A stretch of 64,000 nucleotides of DNA from Vitrella brassicaformis CCMP3155 (taxonomy: Eukaryota > Protista > Chromerida): assembly GCA_001179505.1 (NCBI GenBank), contig CDMY01000356.1:372001-436000 (forward strand), read 5' to 3'. This document shows positions 1-13,189 of the stretch, one piece after another (the first letter of the stretch is position 1; each line of letters opens with the position of its first letter). The notes under the pieces are model-generated. The model was not told the origin of the DNA and searched no databases. It saw nothing but the letters and a program-made list of their open reading frames with translations. Both the position numbers and the translations under genes were made by a program.

Positions 1-3000
1 GTTCAAGGTGACTGAGGCCATGATGGCCACGGACGCCAACCTGTTTATCGAGATGCGGTACGACAAGCAAGGCGGCCGCCACTCCTCCCTCACCCCCGAC
101 GGCAGCCCCCAGCAGCAGCAGCAGCAGCAGGCGTCCTCTGCCTCGTTCACCGTCAACAAGGACGGCTATCGGTTCATCCCGCCCGACCCTCTTCTGCTGG
201 CCAAGGCCAACGCGCCCCCCACCGCCACGCTCAACGGCGGCAAAGGCAACTGGGACGCCAATACGGCCTTTATGGACTCGCACGCCTACGTCGTGTGGAA
301 GGTACCGTTACAGAAATAAAAGTGAAAGTGACAAGCCAAATTTTGGTGCCGGCCACCAAGAAGGGAATGCGTGTTCCCCTCCCTTGTCTCTCTGTCTACC
401 TATCCATCTCCAGGAGTACCACCATATCTTGGTTCCGGCCGAGGAGCTGCAGCTCAACGACACGTGGTGGGTGGCGGTCTTGAACTTCCCCAGCCAGTAC
501 CCCAACACCGTCACGCTCACGCCGACCATCGACGCGGCCACCAACGAGACCAGCTTCACCAACCGCATCAAAGACCTGCCCATGACTTTCAACATCCGAA
601 TCCGCCAGTTCCCCCACGGCGAGCGGCCCTGCCCGAGGGACTGCTCTGGCCATGGGGTGTGCCGCGCCGTGGGCAAGTGCCGGTGCGACACTGGCTGGGC
701 TGACAACGACTGCTCTGTACCGGCGCATGTGTTGGAGAGCGGTGAGGCGCTGCAGAAGTCCATCCCGGCCGGGGAGTGGAAGTACCACTACCTCGACATC
801 CCCTCGGAGGACGACAGTGACAGAGGTGGGTGGGAAAAAAGGGGGTGGGAGATCCACATATGCGGCAGCATTGGATGTGCTGTGCTGTGTGGATTGCTTT
901 GCTTGGTGTGGTGTGCAGACCGTGGCAACACGCTTCGGATCGAGATGGTGCACCGAGGCGGCGACCCTCTCATGTTCATCAAGGCCACAGACAAGCAGTG
1001 AGTGAGCATGACATACATACATGACTATGGCATGGCATATTATATGGCATCCCACGTACACTCACTACACCGCTAGCTAGTTGCGCACGTGACGTGACAC
1101 ATACGTATGTGTGAAGGAAAGGACCACCCCACGAAACCTGTTGGTTGGGCTGGTTGCCTTGCTGTGTCTGATATATATGATGTATGTATGTATGTGTGTG
1201 TCAGGGATTATCTGATTCCGACCCAGCGCAGCGAGGACCACACCTTCTATCTGCCAATGCGGCCGGGGGGGAGAAGGCAAATCGTAAGGAAGGGGCGCGC
1301 GCACTCACATAGTCGGGATGGACGGGGGAATAAAGACACACACACACCCACACCCCTACACACACAGACGCGTCACATGTGACTCACGTGTCGTGTTGTC
1401 CCTCCCGTCTGTGTGTTGTGTTGTGTTGCAGCTGCAGATCCAGATATCGCAGTACCCCTCCGACAGATGGTTCTTCGGTACGGACAAGACAAAGCGCACG
1501 CTGGACAGAGAGGAGAGGGGAGGAGAGTGGGGATTCACACACAAGGAAGGCACACACGGGGTCCCTGTCTGGTCTGTCGCCTCGCCAGGCATCTATAACT
1601 CACGCGCGGAGCGTCGGCGTGCGCTGCGAGACACGCAGTACTCGTTGCGCGTGACCCTTCTCAACGCCCCCTTCTCGCGCATCAACCTCTACATCTACGT
1701 CGTCCCTGCTATCGTAGTCGTCAGCACTTCACACACACACACACACACACACGCACTCACACACATAGATGTACTGCACTGCACTGCACTGCACGGCCCG
1801 CCCTGTCTGTCTGTCTGTCTGTCTGCATGCGTGTGTGTGTGCGCGTGTGTGGTGGTGTATCTATCTAACGGTCAGGTGTTTGTGATGCTGTGGGTGATGT
1901 ATGCCATCCACCGGAGCGTGCAGACGCGGCACAGATCGCGGCTCGACGCGCGGCAGCTGGAGATCATCCTGCATGCGGTGAGGGAGCGGCCACACGAGGC
2001 ACAAAACGGTCCGGCTCGCACACACTCACCCCACCCTGCTCTCTGTGCTGTGGGGGTGTCTATGTGCAGCGGATGGTCGGTCAGGACGGCGGTGCCTCGC
2101 CGCGCCGATTGAGCAACGTAGACGAGCTCTTCCCGCCCATCAAGTTCAAAGAGGCCCTCACCAAGACGCGCGTGTGGGGCCTCCACCACCACCACCGTGC
2201 ACCCAATCACTCGCGCAGCTTCCGCACACCGACACGGTCCACACACTCGTCAGTGACCTCACTCGCTGCGACGTCGCAGCCAGCCGATGGGAGCAGCGCC
2301 GAAGACCACACCAGCACCTCTCAGCCGCAGCAGCAGCCGACGGTCTTCGGCAGACCATCTTTTCAGTTCATCGGTGTGCCCATCAAAACAGAGTAATTAA
2401 TGCTCGTCAGTGTGTGTGTGTGTGTGTGCGTGTGTGTGTGTCTGCAGGTCCGCCGCTGGCCCCTCCCACTCCGCCCCCGCTCCCCTGCACAGACCTTTTA
2501 GGCCGCCAGGCATCCGATGCGACCACTCACAACGAACAGCCGCCAGACACGCCCCACCAACAAGCGACTCCGAGCGACAACGGCTCGGCAGCATCCCCGA
2601 TGCCATATCATCGTGGGCTGGTGGGTGGTGGGGCTGATAGTGCGAGTGACAATGGGATGGCCGAGAAGACGCCCAGCCGGTCGTGGACGGTGGCCACGGG
2701 CGACGAAGAGCTCTGGTCAGTAGAGAAGTGAGGGCTCGGCGGGTATATGTGGGATTTTGCGTCCGTCCGAGCGTCATCAATATCAGTGTGTGTGTGTGTG
2801 TCCGTGCCGTGTCTGGTCTGCAGCTGTTCCGTGTGTTTGGTCGAGTTCGACAAGGAGGACGAGGTGCGTGTGCTCGACTGCAGCCATGTCTTCCACAAGG
2901 ACTGCATCGACCAGTGGTTCACCGGGTCCACCGTCTGCCCGCTGTGCAAACGAGACTACGGCCCACCGCCACCACCGCCACCAGACCAAGTAACACAACC

Positions 3001-3343
3001 ACCACAACAAGAACAAGAGCAACAGCCACAGCTGGAAGGGGACCAGCAGCAGCAAGGTCACCAACAAGACAACACGGCAGCACCACCAGCAGCAGCAGCA
3101 GCGGATGGCTCTGACACCCCAGCCGCCCCACCAGCGGCAGCAGCGGCAGCGGCTAGCTCGTCCCCCGCCCCTCACACCGATATTTCCGTGGCCGATTTTT
3201 CGGCCCCTAGAGGGGCGGACGCGGCGAGTCGTCACAGTGGCGACGCAGTGATAGTGCCATTGGCCGTAGATGCGGCGAGTGGAGCAGAAGCGAGAGATAC
3301 GGATGGCGATACAGGGGCGGGGGTGGTGTTGAGGACGCCGTGA
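1..3343 (+). CDS. Membrane-anchored RING-H2 E3 ubiquitin ligase with an extracellular EGF-like domain (multi-exon, 5' end outside window)
   Basis: EGF-like CPRDCSGHGVCRAVGKCRCDTGWADNDCS (~630-715). Hydrophobic TM split over exons (NLYIYVVPAIVV|VFVMLWVMYAI). RING-H2 CSVCLVEF..LDCSHVFHKDCIDQWFTGSTVCPLCK (~2825-2950). GT-AG introns (e.g. 302-413, 826-918, 1720-1875). Stop TGA 3341-3343. Confidence 0.85.
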
Positions 3344-4200
3344 CAGACAGACAGACAGACAGGCAGGGAGGGAGGGAGGGGGAGTGTGAAAGCGCTTTTC
3401 TATATTGTGGAAGAGTGGACGCGATGTGAGGTGTTTTTTGGTGATCGCGTGTGTGCGTATATCTGTTTGTGGGTGCTGTTTGTGGGGTGGGAGATGGGCG
3501 AGTAGGGAGGGATGGGTGGGCAAGGAAGACTGACTGTTTTTGTGACTCTCCGTCCGGACAGACAGACAGACAAGGGAGGTTGAGAGGGGGGTGGGGGGTG
3601 GCGGGGAGAAGGCAGCCGTGCTTTGTGCGTCCATACATGCGTGTGTGAGTGCATTTATCGACCCACTCAGTGGGACAGACAGACAGGCAGACAGACACAC
3701 AGACATTCAGACAGACAAATGGACCAGTGAGCCAACCGTGTCAGTCAGCGGGGCGGTTGATAGATCTCATCCATGTCATCCATGTGGTGTCTGTCCATGT
3801 GCGTGCATCGATCATGATGTATATGATGTGTGTGCGTGTGCGTGTGCGTGTGTGTGTTTTTTCGACAGACATTCATTGCCGCGCGATGCGATCGATGCGT
3901 GCATGTCAGTCAGTACGTGTGAGGCAGGCCTCTTGTCGTCAAGATCTGCATCTATCTATCTTATCTCATGCGTGCGTTGGGTTGGGAGGGAGGCGCCCTT
4001 ATGGCATGCGCTGTGTGTCTTTGTGTGGCAGGTGGGGTGGACCGATCGTGTGTGTGTGTGTGTGAGAGAGCTTGCTCTTTTTGCTCAACCACCGACCGAC
4101 CGACAGCAACTTGAGTGTGCGTGTGTTGGTTGGTTGGTTGATCGATCAGCTCACGCCCCTCCATCGCCCCTACACCCCATCCAGGGAACACAAGACGCAG
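3344..4200. repeat. Microsatellite-rich 3' UTR/intergenic region: (GACA)n, (GGGA)n, (GT)n, (GCGT)n
   Basis: Visible tracts, e.g. gacagacagacagacagac at ~3342-3360 and (GT)n/(GCGT)n at 3826-3856. ORFs here are low-complexity artefacts. Confidence 0.7.
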
Positions 4201-4552
4201 GCAGACCTGATGGGCCCGGCACTGCAATGGCGCGTGCCGTCGATATCGATATACGCTGCGAGTTGTGGTCGGTAAGTGATGAGATGTGTGCATCATGAGT
4301 GCCACCCAGACAGACAGACAGAGAGGTCCGCCATCCATCCATCCATCCATCCATCCCTGCACACACAGCGCTGCCTAACAGACAGACAGCCAGCCACTAA
4401 GAGACGCAGACACACACACAGGCCACACACATTGTACGGTAGGTACCCACACACGGAGCCAACCAGTCCCTCAACCTCCCCCATCCACAGCCCTCTTATC
4501 GCATCGCGCTGGCCACTTATATATCTTTCTCACTCACTGCCCCTCAGTCCCC

Positions 4553-7500
4553 TCACCCCACAGCCATCCCCTCGTCGAGCAACACACTCCCCCCGGGCTC
4601 CCTCGTCAGCTGCTGCCCCTCGTGTGGATGTGTGGCGCTGATGGCGCTGTGACATTTGTGTCGGCTGCCGAGGTGGAACAGCTGGCTGAGGTTGATCTGG
4701 GGCTGGCAGAGGTATGTGTTGAAGAAGCGCCGCCATGCGTCGGCCAGATGGTGGTCGTTCATCAGCTGAATCGGCAGCTCGTGGAGAAAGGCCAACAGCA
4801 GGGGGTACGAGGGGCTCTCACGGCTGATATAAGGAGGGAGGGGTGTGGTGAGACGAGACAGCACAGCACAGCACAGCACACATGGATGGGATCGACGAAC
4901 AGCTCAGCTGCTCTGCTTGTGTGTCGCTTCTTGCTCGTTTGTTTCTGTGCTGACTGACCGTTCGACTATGGTTTTGACGCTGAGTGTGAGAGACTCCCTA
5001 TAAGGACAACCGACCGACACCCATCATCGGTGTGCATGCCATGCGTTGTCTCCCCAGTCCCCTTGCCCTCTCCACTCACCCAAGCTGCTTTTGGACTTCG
5101 TCGCTGAATGCCATGGTCAGCCGCCCTTTGACGCCTTCGTCAACACCAACACCAACACCACCACCACCACCAGCTACAACGTCTCCTCCCCTGCCCCCAA
5201 TCTCACACACAGCCATATCCCCCTCCAGCCCCTCCCCAACACCAAGACGACCCCCCCAACGAGCAACATCCCCAGGATGGCCGCTCTTCTGTCGCTTCAT
5301 CATGGCCAGGTCCTTCATCATGCTCTCAAACGGCCGCTTCGTCCCGTTCACCGCCAAACCACCCAGTCCACCCTTGTGCTGCTGCTGCTGCTGCTGCTGC
5401 TCGTTGGTCAGATCGATCACAACGGGCGATACAGATGAGCCGGGGGCAGAGACGGGGCCACCGTGAGAGGGTGAGGGGAAGGGGCCACCAGCACCACCAC
5501 CGCTAGCAACACTGCCAGCAGCCACAGACGCCGGTGGATGGGGGTGTGGATGTGGGTGTGGGTGTGGGTTCCTCTGTCTGGCCTTGAGGATCCCCCCCAC
5601 GCCGCTCGAGTACTGCCTGGCCCCCTTGGCGAGAGGGGCGTACAGGCGGTCCAGGTTGGCCGTCTCCGTGATGGACGCGAAGCTCTCAAGCAGCCACTGC
5701 TCCTCCTCGGGCGAACCATGGTGGCCGACCTTCTCGCCACTCCTCGGCGACTGCGATGGCGAGAACAGGTCACCCAGAGTCTCAAAACGCATGTCGCCTC
5801 TACCCAGTGACGGCCTCGAGGGGTGGAGGTGGTGGTGGTGGGCGAGCCGCGGGGGCGGAGCGGATGGCGGGGGGAGGGGGCGGTTCTTGGCTGTGGGTGA
5901 TGTGGTGCCTGGAGCGGTGCCTAGAGGGAGGATGGGAGTTATCTTCACCTTCTTGGCCCCACCACGACCGCTGAGCTTGGTCTTCTTCTTGGAGCCGCCC
6001 GCGCCGCGCCGACTGGCGGAGGGCCTGCCGCGACGGCTCAGTGCGCGGGCTGCCACAAGCTGCTCGCCGCGGCACCTCTGGATGAATCGGTCGATGTCAG
6101 CGATGTCGCGGGGGGTCAGCTCGCTATCATCGGACATATCCACCGTCACCTTGCTGAAAACCCGGCGACGCTTGCGAAACTTCACCAGAGAAGACAACCA
6201 CATGTGCTGTGCAGATTGCCTTGGGCGTGTGTGTGTGTTCATCCGAGTGCGTACCTTCTCGAAGATGCGGCGCTCGGAGCAGATGATCATGCCGTCCTCG
6301 TCGGGGCCATCCTCGTCCTCCCCCTCCCTGTCCCCCTGTCCCTCGCTATCATCGTCAGCTTTGTCGCCCTTGTTGCCCGCCGGCTTCTTCTTACGTGTCT
6401 CCCTCTCCCTCTCGACGGTCGCTATCTTCTCCTCCTTGATGTCTTTCGGCTGCTGCTCGGTGGGCTGCTGCTCGGTGGATGGGGGGTGGGGGTGTGCTTG
6501 CGAGCACAGCTGCCGCAGGGTGCCGAGGTCCTGCTTGATGGTGGACATGGGCAGCTCCACGCGGATCTGCCGCTGCCCCTTGCGCAGCAGCGTGAGGTCA
6601 CGATACTTGCGACTGCCGCCAAATGGGGGGAGGTTAAGGAAGCCGATGCTGCCGTGTGTGCCGCTGTTGGTCCTGGTGGCGGGGACCTTCTTCTTTTTCT
6701 TGGGCTTGCGCGGCTGCTGGGAGAGCTGGGGGTGGTGGGGGTGGTGGGGCTGCCGGTCCTCGGTATTGCCCGACTGCACGCTCTCGTTTCCCTCCCGTTC
6801 GTCAGCAAATGGGTGCATCATGTCCGTCGTCACGTCCTCGACAGATGACGGCGGGTCGGTGGCATGCACCTCCGATGGTGAGAAACACTCCACCACACCC
6901 GTATCGGCAGACCGCACCCGGACGAGCCACTCCGTTCCCCTCTCCCCCTCGGTCTGCTCGACGGCCACCACCTCGCCCTTGCCCCCTCCCAGCACCCACA
7001 CCCACATGCCGCACCGGATCTCGTCCCCAGAGCTGTCGACAGCCGCCGTCAGCTGCTTCTGCCGCGTCTTGGCTCGCGTCTGCGTACCCTGAGGGTGGAT
7101 GGTGGTGTGGAGGTTGGCCTGGTGGTCCTTGAAGATGCGGACCAAGTCGACGGGCGCGCTGGATAACGGGTGCCACCCTGCGCGCCTGTATCTGACGATG
7201 GGAAGGTTGAGCTGTGGGTCGAGATGCGTGTCGATGAGGCGCCCGATGTGCGACACAGGCTCGCTGGGATCGGCCACCTGGAACACCAAGCGGAGACAGT
7301 GTGCGGGTGTTGGTTGCGTGTTTGGTTGGGGAGAGGATTGGAGAGAGGAGGGAGGGGGTGACATACATGTGTACGTACGTACCTCGATGAGTGTGCCCTG
7401 CTGCAGCCTTTTGATCTTCTCCCAATGCTTGAACGTCGCCTCACTCATAACCCGCTCGGCCCTACGCTTACCGTCCCGCCCCTCCCGCCGCACATTCCCC

Positions 7501-9075
7501 TCTCCCCCTCTCAGACAGGCACCTCCCTCGGCTGCTGCTGAAGCCTTCTTCTGGCTCTCCCCCTCTCCGTCATCCCCGTCATCCCCGCCATCACGCTCGC
7601 GCTCACGCCTGCCTGCTGGTCGCTTCGGGTCGCCTTTGTTGCCGCCCTCCTTGGCTTCTCTCTTGCCTTTGCGTGGCTTTGCGGCCTCGTCGCCGGGGAG
7701 TGATGACGTGCACGAGCGCGGGGCGGTGTGGGGGGCCGAGGGTGGGTGCGATGAGGGGCTGGACGAGCCGATGCGGAGGGGCTTCTTTTGCTGGGGGTGG
7801 TCGTTGGGACCGTCATCTGACTCCATCCGCGTGGGTTTGCGCCTGGACGAAGAAGAGGGGACATGCAATGAGTAGTGAATAAATCCATCTTGTGTCCGTC
7901 AGTCAGGTGGGAGGTGAGGGGCTGGCTCACCCACCTACCTACCTCTGTCTGGCGTGTTTGGCCGTGAGGCAGACCTCTGCGTCCCACCCGGTGCCGAGAC
8001 GCACATGCTCGGCAGATATCTGCACATGCAGAACAAAACACACACACCAGATATATCAGAGCCAAGGACATTCCGTGTCTGTCTGTGCTGTGGCGGCCGG
8101 CCATTTGGCTTACTTACCGTGAACTCGATGCTCCTTGCGTATCCCATGATGCGATGGCGCACCTGCCAGCCCCCATCCTTGTCTTTGAATAGACCGCTAA
8201 ACATCCCATTCTGACGGACAGACGTGAACAGCAAAGACAGAAGCCGGGCCGGGAGGGGATGTGATGTGTGGTCTGTTCTTCAACCTTTGCAACCAACTGT
8301 GTGTCTTTGTTTGTACCTCCAGTGTGCCCGAATCGTAACGAATCTGAATCTTGTCACCTGACCGACAAGACACGCACACACAACCAGCATCCTTCGCTTC
8401 ACACGGCCTCCCTCCTCTCTCCCGGCCCCCATAGCCCCCACCCACCTATCTTGAGGTTCTTGAGCTCTGCCGGTGCGTCGTTGTCCTCATCTCCCTCCTT
8501 CTTGACCTCCTGTATCCCCTTCTCCACCAGCAGCATGGTATCGTTGGTCGCCATCCCACCGCTCACAGATGATGAGTTCCCCTCAGCATCTGCGGCTGCT
8601 GCAGCGGAATCGTTGGCACATGCATCTATGGAACACACATAATGGGAGGCAGGGAGATGGGCCAAATGGAGCCATTCAGGCCGAGATTCTGTTCTTTCTC
8701 TCGTCATGCATGGAGGGGAGGAGGGGTCAGGTCGGTGTGCGTCTGCTATCGTGGCGTGTTATGTACCTGGTTCTCCCTCCTCCGTGACGGCGTTGTCTTT
8801 ACTCTGACTGCGTAGCCGAGGGCTGCTCCTCTCAGGCTTCGGACCTTCGCTTGGCTTCCTGTCCTTGGCCTTCTTGGCCTCACTGCGCCCCTTCTGAGGC
8901 GCTGCCGCCGTCGACCCGACAGACCCCTCGTCGCCGCGCTTCGCGCCTGGTAGCCAGAGGAACCCGCCACACGTGACCACTCATCCGCAGCAAGTACACA
9001 AGAAACGCACCACAGCACATGTGTCAGCATGCATTCGGGCTTACTGAGGCGAGTGGAGGCCCTGCGCTTCTCCAT
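4553..9075 (-). CDS. Large, mostly disordered, probably nuclear protein with three SH3-like beta-barrel (Tudor/KOW-like) modules and a C-terminal helical region
   Basis: Phase-consistent exon chain from ATG 9075 (MEKRRASTRL). Module 1: LKIG|DKIQIRYDSGTLE|NGMFSGLFKDKDGGWQVRHRIMGYARSIEFT|ISAEHVRL. Module 2: LQQGTLIE|VADPSEPVSHIGRLIDTH..PIVRYRRAGW. Module 3: IRCGMWVWVLGGGKGEVVAVE..WLVRVRSADTGVVECFSPSEV. The ORF-track stop at 5076 lies inside a GTGAGT donor, and exons 4997-4959 and 4823-~4553 continue in frame. The true 3' end may be near 4200. Confidence 0.65.
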
Positions 9076-9548
9076 GGATGGGCAAGAAGGTACCCTCTGC
9101 GGGCTGCAGCGGCTCACGAGGTTCGCCTGGCGGTGGTGGATGCGGGCAGAAAAAAGCTCAGCATGGGGACCGCTGGCAGTACAATTGCCTCTTTCACAAC
9201 AGTCTATGCTCTCTATGCTCGTTTGCGGAAGATGGAACTGGACGAACCGGCGGCAGTCTCACAGCTCTCAAGCGTCAGAATACGAATGTGCCAGGCACGG
9301 AGCTGAGGATCCTTGCACACTCTGCGACTCCCGCGTCGCGCGACTCTGCTTCGCCGCCGAGGGAAGTCGTTCCTCCGTGGCTTCAACTTGAAATTCTTCC
9401 GTTCAATTTACATGACGGCCCACAACGCCCCCACTCCGGAGTGCAGTCACTCGTCCTCTCGCGAAGCGGCGCGACCACCCCTGAGGGAAGCGGCGGCGGG
9501 GCCAACGGGGGCTTCGAAGGGCGGTGAGAGAGGAAGGAGACGGCAGCC

Positions 9549-12500
9549 ATGTCTGTGGAGCGTGCCTTTGTGCTCAACAACATCGAGATCAGCCTTGAAA
9601 ACCTGGTGTTCTTCTCCCTGGTTGATGGAGCGGTGCAGTTGCAGTCGGAGAACCTCACCAGCGTCCTGTCATCCATACTCGCTGCGCTTGTCGAGCAGAC
9701 AAACAAGGCCACTCGATTGGAGAGGGTACTGTACACAGCCACCCAAGCACCGTGACATGCTGAGCCCCTGTGTGTACTTACTTGTCTGTGCGTCCGTAGT
9801 GCATGATGAGTGTGTGTCCATGGTGTGTGTGTGCATGTCTTGATGCAGCGTGTGGAGCAGCTGACGAGCGAGGGCAAGACGAGCGAGAAGAAAGCAGAGA
9901 AGGTCCTCAAGGATCTTGGCGACATCAAACACAGGGTGGATGTGCACCAGAAGGCTCTCAACATCACCTTCACACACGATGGCCAAGCATGTAAGTACGC
10001 TGACGCTAGCGCTTCACTGTTGGGTGGGTGTGGAGGTCCGGCCGGTCATGTGCCTGCCTGTCTATGTGTCGGTGTGTTGGTTGATGTGCGTCCATGCAGC
10101 TGGCGGTTTGCTGGAGACTCGGCAGGAGATGGAGGGCGTCAGGGAGGAGATGGAGGGCCTCAGGCGGACGTTCATCACCACACAAACAGGCACCCACAAA
10201 CAAACTGCGTACATTCGACAGTAGATAGAATATGGTACGTATGAGTGTGCGTTCCATCGTGCAGGTGTGGAGTCGGCCAATCGGCGGATGAATCAGCAGG
10301 AGGAGAGGCTCGAGAAAACCAAGACCTTCGTGGGCACACAGGACACCAACATCAAGGCTCTGGAGGAGAGCGTCAATCACCTCTACTCCGAGACAGAGAG
10401 GCTCACACTCGACAGCGAGGAGCTGCACAGGAACCGCGAACAGGTACCTTTCTTTTGCAGCGTGTTAAAGGAAGTTGAAGCGACAATTAAGGGGAGGAAA
10501 CAAGCAAGGGGCTCGTTCGTTCCCTATCTGTCTGTCTGCAGGACTACTTGATGGTCAAGAAAATCGAGGACAAAAAAGTCGACAAAGAAAAGGTCGGAGG
10601 ATGGGATGGGATGGGATGGACGGTGTGTCTCTTCCCCCTCCCCGTATTCGTACCCATTGTGTGTGGTGGACTGACTGCATGCAGTTGGAGGCGCTGAGTG
10701 TGAGCATGAAGACCGTGGAGGGTCGGCTGTACGAGACGCTCGACGAGGTGGCCACCTTTTCGGAGAAGGCCAGGCGCTTCGCGGCAGCGCTCACCAGCTT
10801 CGACGAGGCCAGGGCATCCATCAACGACTTCGCAAACGTACGCGAGAGCGAGGCGCACTGAGGTGACATTACATTGCATTGCATTGCACGTCTCGTGTGT
10901 GTATGCATGTGAGTGACACATGAGAGCAGGAGATCAAGGGGGACGTCTCTGACATAAAGTCATGGACAGCCCGGAGGTGCGACGACATTGACCGTGCCAT
11001 CAACGAGCAGCGGGCGCACCTAGAGGCTCAGGTGGGTGAGACGACCTCTCGGGCAACGCTCCCTGTCACTGTCCATGTGTGCAACACTGCACTCACTGCA
11101 TGTCAGTGGGCGGCGCTGTCCGAGCATCTCAATGAGACAGAGCAGGCGACCGCCGATCAGGTGCGGCAGTTCGTGGCAGCTCTGCAGCAGTTCCACGAGG
11201 AGGTGAGTGAGGCATGTCGGGTGGAAGATGAGATGCTATCACCTCACTGCACTGCACTGCACTGCACCATTATGCCATGCATGCAGGCTTTGCAACGCGA
11301 TCGCCATTTGCGCGCACTGGGCGAGGTGCTGACCGAAATGACGGTACGTACGGTGCGCAAGGAACGGACAGGCGGCGGGTGTGTCTCGACCTCCCACTAT
11401 ATAGCTAGCGACGTGTGCTGTACGATTCATTCATTAATGTGTGTATGGTATGTCGTGTGGTGCGTGTAGGAGAGCATCAGCGACGAGGCCCTTGGGGGGC
11501 TGAAGTGCCTCTCGTGCCAGAAGCCCACCGACGGCACACTCCGCTCGGACGTCGCCGTTAACCTGCAGCGTGAACGGTCCAAGGAATTCATCTTCCAGCA
11601 GGTATATATGAAGCGGAAACAGACTGGACGGAGGAGCTTGCGCTGGGAGGGACACACGTGTGTGGGTGCCGTCTTGTGTCTTGTGTGCTGTGCAGCTCCA
11701 GAAGGTAATGGTTTCTCTCCCTCCCTCCACGCCCTCACCCACATCCCAGGCACTCAAACTGCTCGCTGTCAATGTAAGCATACAAAGGCCAGGCCGGACA
11801 CCGTACCGTACCAATGCACACACGTCACGTACACGACACGTAGCCATTCGGGTGAGGTGACCCATCCCATCAAAACACGCGTTGAATGCATTCACCTGAA
11901 TGAATGCACGGTCAGGTTGGCCGTCCTTCCCGAACGATCGGCACCGACGGCGCGGTGTATCGCACGACGACGGAGAGCAAGGGGATCGACGTCGGCACCG
12001 TCACACTCACCGTGGCCACCAACCAGCGGACCACACCGTCCTCTCGCGGCGGGGGATTCTTCCACCACTCTACGCGGTCAGGAAAAGAAGAGACACAGGC
12101 GCATCCCCGAGTCTCATCGATGTCGATGAATTTTGTGTCTGTCTTCAGTCTGACTCCCCGCAGCCCTCGTGACGCTCCCAGCCGTGGCGCCCTGTCGACT
12201 CCTGTGTCTCCCCAGAGAGGCCCACAACACCTCATCCCCACAGCTGCCGGCCGGTCGGCTTCAAAAACACCCGTATCACCAAGGGCCAAACTAGAAAGTA
12301 TCGATGGAGTGATCAACAAGCCGACGTGCCACCCCACCTGTACTTTGTCTCTTTGTTTCCAGGCACAGACGAGCTGTATGACTCATCAGCGTCCTCCATT
12401 ATGGACATTGCCACCCCCAGGCCGCAGCAGGCCTCACCACAGCCGCCAATTCCCCGGAACCACACCACACACACGTCCCCTCTCGAGATGACCCCCGACA

Positions 12501-12904
12501 CAGCCGCCATGCGTGCGCCCATGACCGACCGCCCCAGGCCATCCACAGAGGGCAGCCCCATCATGTCTCTCCCCCAACCTCCACGGAGCAGACTGTTGAG
12601 CGGACTGCTCACCTCACCCAAGGGAGATGGTGCTAGTGGTGCTAGTGGTGGTGGTGGAGCCAGAGCTACACAGCGACCAGGCAGCGGGAAAGGGAAAGAC
12701 GTTCAGCGGCCATCGACGCCACAGCCGGCTGATGGTCCCGATGCACAACTTGACGAGGCACGGCACGAACAGGAGCAAACCATTCCGTCCGATAGGTGAG
12801 CTCGGCGTCGGATCATTTTGTATGTCTTCCCCTCCGTAAGCGCGTCCCTTGTGTGTGTGTGTGTGTGTGCACATAGGTCGCAGCTCTTCTCCCCGCGGGA
12901 ATGA
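9549..12904 (+). CDS. Long coiled-coil protein with a C-terminal DUF4795/QRICH2-C16orf96-like signature (CLSC ... GTDGAVYR)
   Basis: Many short heptad-rich exons (e.g. RMNQQEERLEKTKTF..LTLDSEELHRNREQ). LKCLSCQKP at ~11500-11525. RTIGTDGAVYR at ~11930-11965. Last exon RSQLFSPRE* with stop 12902-12904. Confidence 0.7.
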
Positions 12905-13189
12905 TGCGATGCATGTCCGTGGGCTGAGTCCCTATTGATTCAATATCGCAATACTTGACGTGTCTTGCATTTCCCATGCTATCGCCATGTAGTATGAGTC
13001 AACGGATCCATCACATGAGCCCATGCACCGTTGATAGCCGAAAGTGGACAATGAATGCCTCAACTAATGCATTCCGTGAGTGCAGCCAGCCGACGGTGCC
13101 GCTGCTTAGGTCGCATCGACACCCGTGCAACGCGTGTTGGCACGCATATTTGTGACGGTCATCCGTACGCACATTGCAGTTCAGTAAAG

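Noticed and set aside
3344-4500. ORFs rich in HT/CV/DR/SV repeats here and at 21510-22800, 35000-35800 and 53770-55150
   Set aside because: Translations of (CA)n, (GT)n, (GACA)n and (GGAT)n microsatellites
4553-4879. Stand-alone F-box-like gene fragment (LADAWRRFFNTYL)
   Set aside because: Splice phases link it in frame to the upstream 9075 gene, so it is better read as 3' exons of that gene.
5584-7092. 502-aa ORF on the + strand
   Set aside because: Antisense shadow of the GC-rich, codon-biased minus-strand gene. It has low-complexity Ser/Arg content and no domain.
8117-8210. Possible AP2 (ApiAP2) domain in GLFKDKDGGWQVRHRIMG
   Set aside because: With its flanking exons it reads as a Tudor/KOW-like barrel and lacks the AP2 F...G...A...A helix.
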